Source: Candidatus Geocrenenecus huangii (GTDB taxonomy: Archaea; Thermoproteota; Nitrososphaeria_A; Caldarchaeales; Wolframiiraptoraceae). From it: a DNA stretch of 64,000 nt. Positions 18,365-27,363 of this stretch are shown piece by piece. Both the position numbers and the translations under genes were made by a program. Position 1 is the first letter of the stretch. The number at the start of each line of letters is the position of its first letter. The notes below the pieces were generated by a model, which was given only the letters and a program-made list of their open reading frames with translations, was not told where the DNA came from and did no database searches. The stretch is taken from NCBI GenBank assembly GCA_023254095.1, contig JALNLM010000006.1, positions 28,146 to 92,145 on the forward strand, read 5' to 3'.

Positions 18365-19789
18365 TTGTACGATACCTCTACAAAGTCAAGAGTTATTAAT
18401 CTGTGCAACCATGTTGTTATCATGCCTAGATTGGCCATAACGGTTATAATGGTCTTCACACTAGCACTAATCGTTGCAACTCCCGCAAATGGAGAAGCAT
18501 ACACCGCAATACTGCAAGATGAAAATCTTAGGATTTCACTATATTATCCTCCAGAAGTAAAGATAAATTCTTGCTATAATTTTAGATTTGAGGCTCAAGC
18601 CTTTGAGTCACTAACAATAGGTGAGATTAGATTAAAAGTAAAGATGTATAGAAATGGTGTAACGGAAACTCTCCATGATAGTATACTTGTCGATGATACT
18701 GCGGTTGGAAGTGGGTGGACGTTCAGCAAGAACATCGTTGTATGTATTCCTACACCGAGGAGACCTGACCCATTCCTAGAAGCAGAGATATATGCAAGCT
18801 ACACTCTAGACAGTGGAGATACGAAGACATTATCAACAGAATGGTATATGTCTACCGTTAGAACGAAGACATATGATGAATTATTGTCAGAACTTGATGA
18901 AACGAAGAAGAAGATTAAATATCTTGAGGATAGGGTTAGAGACCTCGAAGACGATATAGAAGAGTTGGAGGAAAGATTATCTAATATGTCTAGGAGCTAT
19001 AACGAGCTGTTAACAGATTATAAAGCTTTACAGAAGAGTTTTCAGAGGCTCCAAGATGATTATGGCTCTTTACAGCAAAAGTACATTGGACTTCAAGATG
19101 AGTATAAGAATTTAAGCGAAGAATACAGGAAACTGTTAATCGATTATGAGAAGCTCAGAACGCTCTACGAAAAATTAATAGATGAAAATAAACAACTTCA
19201 ATCAAACTATAATTCTCTTAGAGAAGACTATATCTCATTAACGAAAGAATACTACAGTCTTCAGGGAGTCCACCAAGACCTGACAGAAAGATACAATGAT
19301 CTAACGAGCAGGTATGAGCTGAATATTGAGACTATAGGTCAACTCCAATCAACTATAGATGGTCTGGAGAAAACTATTAGAGAAAAAGATGAAAAAATAA
19401 ATGAACTCAACTTGATCTACTCTTCGACGGCGAGCGAGAATACGTTGACTAAGAGTATACTCTATGCTCAAACTGCGGCTGTAGTTGGAGTGGGAGCAGG
19501 CATATACATTATGAGTTTGAGGAGAAGGAAGTCGGCTCAACCATCGACTGGATTTTCTTCTCAGCCTCCGGTGCCTCCTCCTCCAACCACCCCTCTAAAG
19601 GAGGAGGTGAAAAACTCTGGGAATGGTAGAGTTCAGAAGATTCTCTCCGGCAGAAGGATAACCTTACCTAGAGATGCTCTAGAAAAGTTAAACATTAACG
19701 AGGGTGGAAAAGTAGTTGTGGAAGTATATGATGATTACGTTAAGATAATGCCGGTAAAAGGAGAAATACAAGAAAATAACAATAACTAG
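18365..19789 (+). CDS. Secreted/membrane coiled-coil protein with a C-terminal cytoplasmic AbrB/MazE-like (swapped-hairpin) domain
   Basis: Signal peptide 'MPRLAITVIMVFTLALIVATPANGEA', so the probable true start is about 18422. About 15 consecutive heptads 'xYxxLxx'. TM 'TAAVVGVGAGIYIMSL' followed by 'RRRK'. Pro-rich linker. C-terminal 'RVQKILSGRRITLPRDALEKLNINEGGKVVVEVYDDYVKIMPV'. Confidence 0.6.
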   Translation: MYDTSTKSRVINLCNHVVIMPRLAITVIMVFTLALIVATPANGEAYTAILQDENLRISLYYPPEVKINSCYNFRFEAQAFESLTIGEIRLKVKMYRNGVTETLHDSILVDDTAVGSGWTFSKNIVVCIPTPRRPDPFLEAEIYASYTLDSGDTKTLSTEWYMSTVRTKTYDELLSELDETKKKIKYLEDRVRDLEDDIEELEERLSNMSRSYNELLTDYKALQKSFQRLQDDYGSLQQKYIGLQDEYKNLSEEYRKLLIDYEKLRTLYEKLIDENKQLQSNYNSLREDYISLTKEYYSLQGVHQDLTERYNDLTSRYELNIETIGQLQSTIDGLEKTIREKDEKINELNLIYSSTASENTLTKSILYAQTAAVVGVGAGIYIMSLRRRKSAQPSTGFSSQPPVPPPPTTPLKEEVKNSGNGRVQKILSGRRITLPRDALEKLNINEGGKVVVEVYDDYVKIMPVKGEIQENNNN

Positions 19790-19945
19790 ATAAGTGTAGT
19801 AAACCATGATGGAGATGGTGAGAAGGATATATTCTTTAACAATTCCAGAAGAATTCTTGTTAAAGATTTCAGAGAACATCTACAAGTTTATAGAAGCTTC
19901 GAAGATTCTAGAATACGACTTCGTTGAAGACAATGTTCCAGAAGA

Positions 19946-21334
19946 GTGAGGAAAATGGTGGACTTAGCTAAGACGAGTATTAGAGGAATCCATCGAGAGG
20001 TAAGAAGCTTGAGGATAAAGCCTACAAAGATCATTGAAGAGTGTTTGAGGAGAATCCATAGATTAAATGACGCGTTAAGAATCTTCATACACCTGTCGGA
20101 AGAAGCAATTAAACATGCCGAGTATCTTGAGAAGGAGCTGGAAGAAGGAAAATGTAGAAGCGAGCTACATGGATTACCTATAGCTGTAAAAGATGCTTTC
20201 TATACTTATGATATGCCGACGACGGGCGGGTCAATAATACTAAAAGACTACAAACCACCTAAAGATGCAGAAGTAGTCCGTAAATTAAGAGATGCTGGAG
20301 CAATCATAATAGGGAAAACCAATATGCATGAATTCGCTTTCGGTGTAACGAACAAGAATCCACACTACGGAGTTACTAGGAACCCGTGGAGTATAGATAG
20401 AATAAGTGGAGGATCAAGTGGAGGCTCAGCTGTAGCGGTCTCCGTAGGAGTATGTATCGGAGGTCTCGGAACAGATACGGCAGGCTCTATCAGGATACCT
20501 TCAGCACTCTGCGGTGTAGTGGGATATAAACCATCCAACGGTCTTCTAAGTCTTGACGGGGTAATACCGCTATCCCACTCTCTGGATACAGTCGGTCCAA
20601 TAGTGAAGACGGTAGACGACGTGTCAATCACGTTGAATATTATGACAGGCAAGGTATTAACATCCCAGGAACGAGTAAGTGAATATGAAGATAGAGAGCT
20701 GAGACTTGGATTACCTAGAAAACTCATTGAAGAATGGGTTTCTGATGAGGTCGAAGAAGTATTCTGGAGATCTATTGGCAAAATTACTTCGAGGTCTAAT
20801 TGTAGGATTGTTGATATAGAGATTGAATGGTTTAAGACTATCTCTGATGCAAGATATATTATAGTGCTTTCTGAGTCTGCGGCATTCCATCTAAAGTGGC
20901 TTAGGAATAGGTGGAGCGAATATGATCCAGATGTTAGAGATAGGATATTGGGAGGCTTATTCATAACTGCGCCAGTGTATATTCAAGCTCAAATGATTAG
21001 GAAATCTTTAAAGAGGAAATTCCTAAAGATGATGAAGAACCTGGATGCGGTAATTCTACCAACTGTTCCTATTGAGGCACCCAGAGTAGAAGATGAAGAA
21101 CTAATCGTAAAGAATAAGAAGATAGGTGTTAGACGTGCATTACTCTTCTTGACGGAGTGCTTCAACTCTCTAGGAACGCCAGCGATAACTATTCCCTGCG
21201 GGTTAACAAAAGGCAATCTACCAGTAGGATTACAAATAGCAACTAAACCATACGAAGATACTCAACTTCTAGAGATAGCGGAAAGATTCGAAGGGGTGCT
21301 TGGGAGGCTACCCGAGCCCCCGATAATCCGCTAA
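19946..21334 (+). CDS. Amidase-signature family enzyme (GatA-like amidase)
   Basis: 'GGSSGGSAVAVS' amidase signature and Ser-cisSer-Lys triad region. 462 aa. Confidence 0.85.
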   Translation: MRKMVDLAKTSIRGIHREVRSLRIKPTKIIEECLRRIHRLNDALRIFIHLSEEAIKHAEYLEKELEEGKCRSELHGLPIAVKDAFYTYDMPTTGGSIILKDYKPPKDAEVVRKLRDAGAIIIGKTNMHEFAFGVTNKNPHYGVTRNPWSIDRISGGSSGGSAVAVSVGVCIGGLGTDTAGSIRIPSALCGVVGYKPSNGLLSLDGVIPLSHSLDTVGPIVKTVDDVSITLNIMTGKVLTSQERVSEYEDRELRLGLPRKLIEEWVSDEVEEVFWRSIGKITSRSNCRIVDIEIEWFKTISDARYIIVLSESAAFHLKWLRNRWSEYDPDVRDRILGGLFITAPVYIQAQMIRKSLKRKFLKMMKNLDAVILPTVPIEAPRVEDEELIVKNKKIGVRRALLFLTECFNSLGTPAITIPCGLTKGNLPVGLQIATKPYEDTQLLEIAERFEGVLGRLPEPPIIR

Positions 21335-21357
21335 TAAATAACCATGTATGTGGACAA

Positions 21358-21963
21358 ATGGGAGTAGAGATATCATGCTTATATATTCGAGAGGTTAGGC
21401 TCAAGATAATGGTTGAGCTCCCACCAGGGCAGATGACTGCAAAAAGATGGAATATCTACGGTGCTTTAGGCACCCCTAAAGTAAACATAGATAACTGGCG
21501 TTTGAAAATCTCTGGATGCGTACACAACCCAATTGAACTTACCTACCAAGATCTTCTATCTCTAGAACAGACTAAAGTCAGAGGAGGTTTTCACTGCGTT
21601 GAGGGTTGGAGTATAATAGACGTATTGTGGGAAGGCGTAAAGATTAAGACTATCGCTGAGAAAGTATCATATCTCCAAGATTCTAAGTGGATGATCTTTA
21701 GAGGTGTTGAAGGATACTCTGCACCCGTACCAGTCGAATATGCTCTAAGCGAAGACTCTATCATAGCCATAAAGATGAACGGTAGACCTCTACCACTTGA
21801 GCATGGTTTTCCAGCACGTCCAATAATTCCAAGACTATATGCATGGAAGAGTGTAAAATGGTTGACGGAGATAGTCTTCAATCAAACATACGTTGATGGA
21901 TACTGGGAGGCAAGAGGCTACCATCCAAGAGGAGATGTATGGCTAGAAGAAAGAAGAAAATAA
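21358..21963 (+). CDS. Molybdopterin-dependent oxidoreductase, sulfite-oxidase family (YedY-like catalytic domain)
   Basis: 'GGFHCVEGWSIIDVLWEGV' Mo-domain Cys motif. The true start is probably at 'MVELPPG', about 21418. Confidence 0.7.
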   Translation: MGVEISCLYIREVRLKIMVELPPGQMTAKRWNIYGALGTPKVNIDNWRLKISGCVHNPIELTYQDLLSLEQTKVRGGFHCVEGWSIIDVLWEGVKIKTIAEKVSYLQDSKWMIFRGVEGYSAPVPVEYALSEDSIIAIKMNGRPLPLEHGFPARPIIPRLYAWKSVKWLTEIVFNQTYVDGYWEARGYHPRGDVWLEERRK

Positions 21964-22374
21964 CCTAAAAAACTTCTCGGCTGATAAACCATTCGAAACT
22001 CTACAACTTACATTCAGGCTTCTTTCTCAAATCATCTTACGAGTTTAACCTTCATAACGCTTAGGCCTCATGTAAGTGCAGATTATACCGCGTCTTCGGG
22101 CCTCTATACTTCTTAATTCTATCAGGGAATAGTGATAGAGGAACTTCCATTATACAGTTTAGAAATAGTAGTAGGTCAGTATTCCTTAAGCGTTTCGTCG
22201 TTATTTGAGATTGGCGGGATTTCTATCTATTCGGCTCTGAAAGTGTATACGTCTTTGAATATTTAGAATTTGTATAGTTTGGAGTAATGTAGGGTTGGGC
22301 CAAGGATATGATTGTAACTATCAGCGCTATCTCTATTTTAAAGATGCTGATAGGCGAATACAGAAAAATAAATA

Positions 22375-22635
22375 TTGTGGGACTTATACTCATTCATTGT
22401 CTTGAGCTCTCGCAAAGTTGATAGACCGAAATTAGTAGACCATAGACATTGCAAGATTTGTGCTAGAGCAATCCCTCCAGGTGAGGAATTTTGTTCAGAT
22501 AAGTGTAGGCAGGTTTTCGAAGATTATAAGAAGAGAGAGAAAAGAGGCCGTTACCTATTCTACATAGTATACGGGATACTGATGGTGGCACTGCTACTCC
22601 TCTTCATCTTAAGACCACTACCATCTCCAGCCTAA
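22375..22635 (+). CDS. Zn-ribbon small membrane protein (DUF2116-like)
   Basis: 'CKICARAIPPGEEFCSDKCRQ' C4 ribbon followed by a TM helix. Confidence 0.4.
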   Translation: MWDLYSFIVLSSRKVDRPKLVDHRHCKICARAIPPGEEFCSDKCRQVFEDYKKREKRGRYLFYIVYGILMVALLLLFILRPLPSPA

Positions 22636-23159
22636 TATGGTCTATCCTTAAGACGTAAGAAATATGCTATATAATTGGTAGACAAATGTAGGAAGAACGT
22701 TATTACTAGTAGGGCAGCGAAAGTGTCTAGGCTAGCCCATGCGGGTAAACCGTAGAGTATGTACGAGAAGAATAATGAAGATATTAGGAAGCCTAATTGA
22801 TCTAGTGGGGGGAGCGGTCTCCCCCTCTCTAACCCGATTCTTCTTTTTACGAAAGATCCCAAGATGTCTCCGATCATGGCTCCTATACTCAATACCAGTG
22901 GCTGGAATACGTTGCGGAAAATATCCATCAAAAAATATATTGGTATACCTGATAATGCTCCAACGAGAATTCCAGATATAAGTCCTTCAACTGTTTTACC
23001 ATCTCCTAAGATCCGTTTATTATCCCAAGCATACATTCCCCTATCCAGCGGTGTTGACCTACCGATAATTTTCACCGAGATAACGGGCGTAGCATTTGCT
23101 ATATAGGCAGGTAGAACAAAGATCATCGCCTCTAACAGACGACTATAGAATTCTATCAA
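22632..23159 (-). CDS. carS: CDP-archaeol synthase (CarS, DUF46 family)
   Basis: About 175-aa polytopic membrane protein with 'ANATPVI' and 'GDGKT' blocks typical of CarS. Confidence 0.55.
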   Translation of the reverse strand: MIEFYSRLLEAMIFVLPAYIANATPVISVKIIGRSTPLDRGMYAWDNKRILGDGKTVEGLISGILVGALSGIPIYFLMDIFRNVFQPLVLSIGAMIGDILGSFVKRRIGLERGRPLPPLDQLGFLISSLFFSYILYGLPAWASLDTFAALLVITFFLHLSTNYIAYFLRLKDRPY

Positions 23160-23301
23160 TCCAATAGACAGAAGTCAATCTCTAATTTTAGTGTTTTCCG
23201 AAATTTCCTAAATTGTTAACTAACTACTAAATGTCATATATGTGTCCTACTATGATGTAAAGACTTAATTAGGGATTTATACTGTTAGAAATGATGGGAC
23301 T

Positions 23302-23733
23302 ATGCACCTGTTTAAAGATTACGAGATAGACTTCATAAGTAAGGCTAGAGTTATGAGGTTTGCTTCTATTACTGAGGAGAACTACCCCCACGTTGTTCCA
23401 TTATGCCATGTTTACTATAATGGATGCATATATGCTGTTACAGACTATGGTACAAAGAAGCTTGAAAACATAAAACATAATAACCGTGTAGCGGTAATCA
23501 TCGATGAGTATTATGAGCCTTGGGGAAAGAATAAAGGAATCATGATTCAGGGTAAAGCAGAGATACTTGAAGGTGGTGATGAGTTTAAGAAGGTGGCGGA
23601 ACTTCTTACAAAAAAGTTTCCATACTATAAGGATGAGCCATATGGTCCAATAATTGAAGGAGAGGCTCCGATCGTAAAGATTATCCCTGAGAAAGCAGTT
23701 AGCTGGGGGTTGAAACCAAAACGAAGAAGATAG
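23302..23733 (+). CDS. Pyridoxamine 5'-phosphate oxidase-like FMN-binding split-barrel protein
   Basis: Size and the 'HVVPLCHVYY...AVIIDEY' pattern are typical of the PNPOx-like family. Confidence 0.6.
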   Translation: MHLFKDYEIDFISKARVMRFASITEENYPHVVPLCHVYYNGCIYAVTDYGTKKLENIKHNNRVAVIIDEYYEPWGKNKGIMIQGKAEILEGGDEFKKVAELLTKKFPYYKDEPYGPIIEGEAPIVKIIPEKAVSWGLKPKRRR

Positions 23734-23827
23734 AATCTTCAGGTATCTCTCTGGAGAATACCTGCTGAATAACCTGAGAAACTATTATGGGAAGGTTTAT
23801 CATATCGTATAACGAGCAGAAGTAAGG

Positions 23828-24397
23828 ATGTGGACATTATTTAAGAAGAAGAAAGACGTTAAGGTTGTTCAACCATTGTCTAAAAAGATAGATGATGCAG
23901 TAGCTAGGCTAGAAGTTGTTAGGAATAGACTAAATAATAGAGTTAAAGTTCTCGAAGCGAGGAGTAAGGAGATCTTTGAAGCCGTAGTCAAGGCACAAGC
24001 GGAAAGAGATAAGGATAGAGCAGTATTATATGCTAATGAGTTAGCGGAATTAAGAAAAATGCTTAGAAAAGCAATACATAGCGAGTTATCATTAATGGGT
24101 GTAGTTCATAGACTACAAACAGTCAGAGACTTTGACGAACTAGCAGATGTCCTCGCCCCACTTAGAGAGATCTTGATCCAAGTCAGCGGAGACGTCAGGG
24201 GAGTAGCACCCGAGCTATCTGAAAACCTAAGAAACATTACAGATACATTTGATGAGGTATCAGTAGAGCTTGGAACATTCCCCGAGATAGTTGGCGCAGG
24301 TCCATCGGTCAGCGATGAGGCGGAAAAGATACTGGCTGAAGCTAGCGCAATCGCTGCTGAGAGATCGAAATCAAAGTTAAGCGAAGTAGAAATCTAG
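23828..24397 (+). CDS. ESCRT-III/Snf7 (CdvB-like) or PspA superfamily helical protein
   Basis: All-helical with a basic N-terminal and acidic C-terminal half. 'DKDRAVLYANELAELRK' resembles the ESCRT-III alpha2/alpha3 region. No cdvA or vps4 adjacent. Confidence 0.4.
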   Translation: MWTLFKKKKDVKVVQPLSKKIDDAVARLEVVRNRLNNRVKVLEARSKEIFEAVVKAQAERDKDRAVLYANELAELRKMLRKAIHSELSLMGVVHRLQTVRDFDELADVLAPLREILIQVSGDVRGVAPELSENLRNITDTFDEVSVELGTFPEIVGAGPSVSDEAEKILAEASAIAAERSKSKLSEVEI

Positions 24398-25035
24398 CAG
24401 CCAACTTCATTAATCTTTTTTCTGGCTAATCTATCAGCTAACTCTAGAGGCTTCGGGTAACCTCCCATAATATTGATTATCTCAGGGATCTCTTCTACCC
24501 TAACCTTATATCCTGGGCTGGCATAGAATCTTCTCTTATTTTTAAACCAGAAACCCAGTATCCTCCCCTCGAGATATACTGGCCCCTTACATCCTTCCCC
24601 TGCCTCCTCTCCAACTAGAAGTTTCTTAGCTAAACCCAAAGTTGGTTTATCGAGTATGAATCCTACAATTACGGCTAATCCAGCCTTTCTAGGATGAAGT
24701 ATGCCGTGGCCATCCACTACAAGTAGATCCCATATGTGCTCTCTGCTTATCTTTTCAACGACCTCGATAATTGAGGGGGCCTCCCTCATAAATAATAGAC
24801 CAGGAATATACTCATAGGTAGGTTTACTCAATACTTGAGCTACAGAGATGATCTCTTCACTTTTTAGACTCCACAAAACGCCTACTGTAATCATTAATTC
24901 TCCTTTATATGCTGAATCAACGGCTAAAACGGTCTCGACTCTATGAGCATCTAAACCTGACGATAAATCTATGCTTCTAGATATAGCTATCTGCAATTTC
25001 TCTAGGAACTTGTTAAGTAGAAAAGCCGACTCCAT
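24394..25035 (-). CDS. nfi: Endonuclease V
   Basis: 'YIPGLLFMRE' and 'LLVVDGHGILHPRKAGLA' are the EndoV catalytic blocks. Confidence 0.85.
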   Translation of the reverse strand: MESAFLLNKFLEKLQIAISRSIDLSSGLDAHRVETVLAVDSAYKGELMITVGVLWSLKSEEIISVAQVLSKPTYEYIPGLLFMREAPSIIEVVEKISREHIWDLLVVDGHGILHPRKAGLAVIVGFILDKPTLGLAKKLLVGEEAGEGCKGPVYLEGRILGFWFKNKRRFYASPGYKVRVEEIPEIINIMGGYPKPLELADRLARKKINEVGC

Positions 25036-25145
25036 GTAGTTTTCATCCCCGGCATCTATGGAGAGATTAAAACTTCAACCTAGATTAACTTATACTAGTG
25101 GATAAATATTGTTTTTAAGCTAGGTTGAGCTAGTTACTAAATAGA

Positions 25146-26147
25146 ATGTATAGGATCGACTTCGAAAAGCTTGATGAATGGATAAGAGAAAACAATATAC
25201 AGAAGGTATTGATACAGGCACCTCTAGGTCTTAGATTGCAGCTTCCACTAATTGTAAAGTATTTGAGAGAAAAGAAGATCAAACCGATAATCTCCACAGG
25301 GAAATGTTGGGGTGCATGCGATGTAGCTTACATGGAAGCGAAGGCGATTGGAGCCGACGGCATTATACATATGGGGCATGCGGGATTCGCAAATAACGGT
25401 GAGTTACCGGTATTTTATATGGAGTGTAGAATCACAGACCCTAAACCATTGCTAGATATAGTTGACAAGATTCCAGAAGCAATTGGAGAAAAGAAGACAG
25501 TAGGTATCGGAGCAACGATACAGTGGATCGATTTTCTAGACTTATTCTTGGAGAAGCTTGAAGAAAAAGGTGTTAAGTGTGTAATAGGTAGGAGAAGCCA
25601 CAAGACGCCTTATAGGGGGCAAGTAGTTGGATGCGAATACGCCTGTCTATGGAGTATAATCGACGAGATTGATTGTTCAATAATCATTGGTAGTAGGTTC
25701 CATGGAGTTGGAGCTTCAATAACTACTCCTAAACCTGTATACGTAGTAGACCCTGAAATGAAGAGACTATATGAAGTTAACTCTGAAGCGGAAGAAATCT
25801 TGAAACGTAGATATGCTTGGATACAAGTATTTAAGAACTCGAATAGAATAGGCGTATTAATTAGTACAAAGCCAGGGCAGAAGAAGTTCAGTACAGCCGT
25901 TAAATTAAAGAGTATTCTTGAAGAATGCGGCAAAGAAGCTGATCTTTTAACTGTTGATGAATTAAACGTTGACCAGCTCGATAACCTACCATATGAAGCG
26001 TATGTTAATACGGCGTGCCCTAGGCTCTCCATAGAAGACCAGATGAAATTCCGAAGTCCTCTACTCCTCCCATCTGAAACGCTCATAGCATGTGGAAGAC
26101 TAAGATGGGAGAATACAATTTATTGTAGGAAGTATCTTATAACTTAG
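25146..26147 (+). CDS. dph2: 2-(3-amino-3-carboxypropyl)histidine synthase (diphthamide synthesis, radical-SAM-like Dph2)
   Basis: Three-domain Dph2 pattern with conserved Cys residues ('GKCWGACDV'). 333 aa. Confidence 0.85.
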   Translation: MYRIDFEKLDEWIRENNIQKVLIQAPLGLRLQLPLIVKYLREKKIKPIISTGKCWGACDVAYMEAKAIGADGIIHMGHAGFANNGELPVFYMECRITDPKPLLDIVDKIPEAIGEKKTVGIGATIQWIDFLDLFLEKLEEKGVKCVIGRRSHKTPYRGQVVGCEYACLWSIIDEIDCSIIIGSRFHGVGASITTPKPVYVVDPEMKRLYEVNSEAEEILKRRYAWIQVFKNSNRIGVLISTKPGQKKFSTAVKLKSILEECGKEADLLTVDELNVDQLDNLPYEAYVNTACPRLSIEDQMKFRSPLLLPSETLIACGRLRWENTIYCRKYLIT

Positions 26148-26159
26148 TGAGATAGGGGA

Positions 26160-26750
26160 ATGGTTTACGTAGAAGATGGCGGGTTCGTGATGCCGGGTCA
26201 AGAGATCTGTGTTGCCGAGGAATATCTGCCAGGATTAAACGTCAGGAATACGAAAGACAACATAATCGTCTCGATGAAGACTGGTTTTGTTAAATACAAT
26301 AGAGAAAAGAGAACAGTTAATGTTCACCCAGTAAAAATCGTGGAGAACCTAAATCTGGGAGATAAGATTCTCGCTTTAGTTAGAGAGGTTCAGGAAAAAA
26401 TAGCAGTAGTCGAGATACTTGCGGTCAACATGAAACCAATAAAGCATAGAAGAGTCGCAGTTATTCTTCCTCCCGTAAAGGCGAAACAAGACATCAGTGA
26501 ATGTATAGGAGTAGGAGACCTGGTAATCGCAGAGATAGTTACATTATTCTCTGGCGTAATCGGCTTAAGCATATGGAAGAATGATCTAGGGTCAGTTATA
26601 GCAATATGTAGCAGATGTGGAAGTCCATTAAAGAGGAAGGATAGAATACTAGTCTGCTTTAAATGTGGAAGTAAAGAAAAACGTAAACTAGCATACTATG
26701 ATCCAGCGGTTCTTGATAGATGGATTCTAAGTAAGAGCCCCACCGGATAG
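26160..26750 (+). CDS. csl4: Exosome complex RNA-binding protein Csl4
   Basis: N-terminal domain, S1 domain and a C-terminal Zn-ribbon 'CSRCGSPL...CFKCGS'. Conserved dph2-csl4-rpoL neighbourhood. Confidence 0.65.
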   Translation: MVYVEDGGFVMPGQEICVAEEYLPGLNVRNTKDNIIVSMKTGFVKYNREKRTVNVHPVKIVENLNLGDKILALVREVQEKIAVVEILAVNMKPIKHRRVAVILPPVKAKQDISECIGVGDLVIAEIVTLFSGVIGLSIWKNDLGSVIAICSRCGSPLKRKDRILVCFKCGSKEKRKLAYYDPAVLDRWILSKSPTG

Positions 26751-26905
26751 ACGAGGTACTTGCCTAGAACAATCTAGGATTTAGTAATCGTATGTTCAAA
26801 CAGAAAAAGACGGCTATTCAGTCATTGGGAGCGCCCTTAGAATAGTTAAAATCAAGCATTATCGATGTATTTATATTGAGTTGAGAATGATAAGAGGGGA
26901 CTGAA

Positions 26906-27181
26906 ATGGAGTTAAAGATAGTTAGTATAAGAGATGACTTTATAGAGTTAGAGGTTCTAAATGAAGATCCATCGATTCTCGATTCGTTAGCTGAGATTCT
27001 CGAGAAGATAGAGGGAGTAGAATATTCAGGAATAATCATAGAACATCCATTAACAAACAAAACTATATTAAGGATAAGAACGAATAAAGAGAAAATATGT
27101 GCGAGAGATGCATTGGTTAGCGCTGTCGAGCTTCTCTCCTCGATTGCGAACGAGCTTGTAGAGAAAGTAAAACAATTCTGA
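26906..27181 (+). CDS. rpoL: DNA-directed RNA polymerase subunit L (Rpo11)
   Basis: 'MELKIVSIRDDFIELEVLNEDPSILDSLAEILEKIEGVEYSGIIIEHPL' matches the Rpo11 fold pattern. Position after csl4. Confidence 0.7.
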   Translation: MELKIVSIRDDFIELEVLNEDPSILDSLAEILEKIEGVEYSGIIIEHPLTNKTILRIRTNKEKICARDALVSAVELLSSIANELVEKVKQF

Positions 27182-27363
27182 TAGAAAACCTTCGTATAGA
27201 TAGGCCAAGGCTACTTTATGATTGTTGATATAGTTTAGAGATATGGCCATATACCTTTATGGAATGTAATAAAGGTAAGTATGAGAATTGATAGTTCAAG
27301 TCTTCCTTCTGAATGGTTTTCCGTAAATTAATATACTTACGGGAAACAAGATATTGATAGGAA

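Noticed and set aside
20365-20964. 199-aa ORF antisense to the amidase gene
   Set aside because: It lies entirely within and opposite a strongly supported CDS, with Ser/Leu/Thr-rich composition typical of antisense frames.
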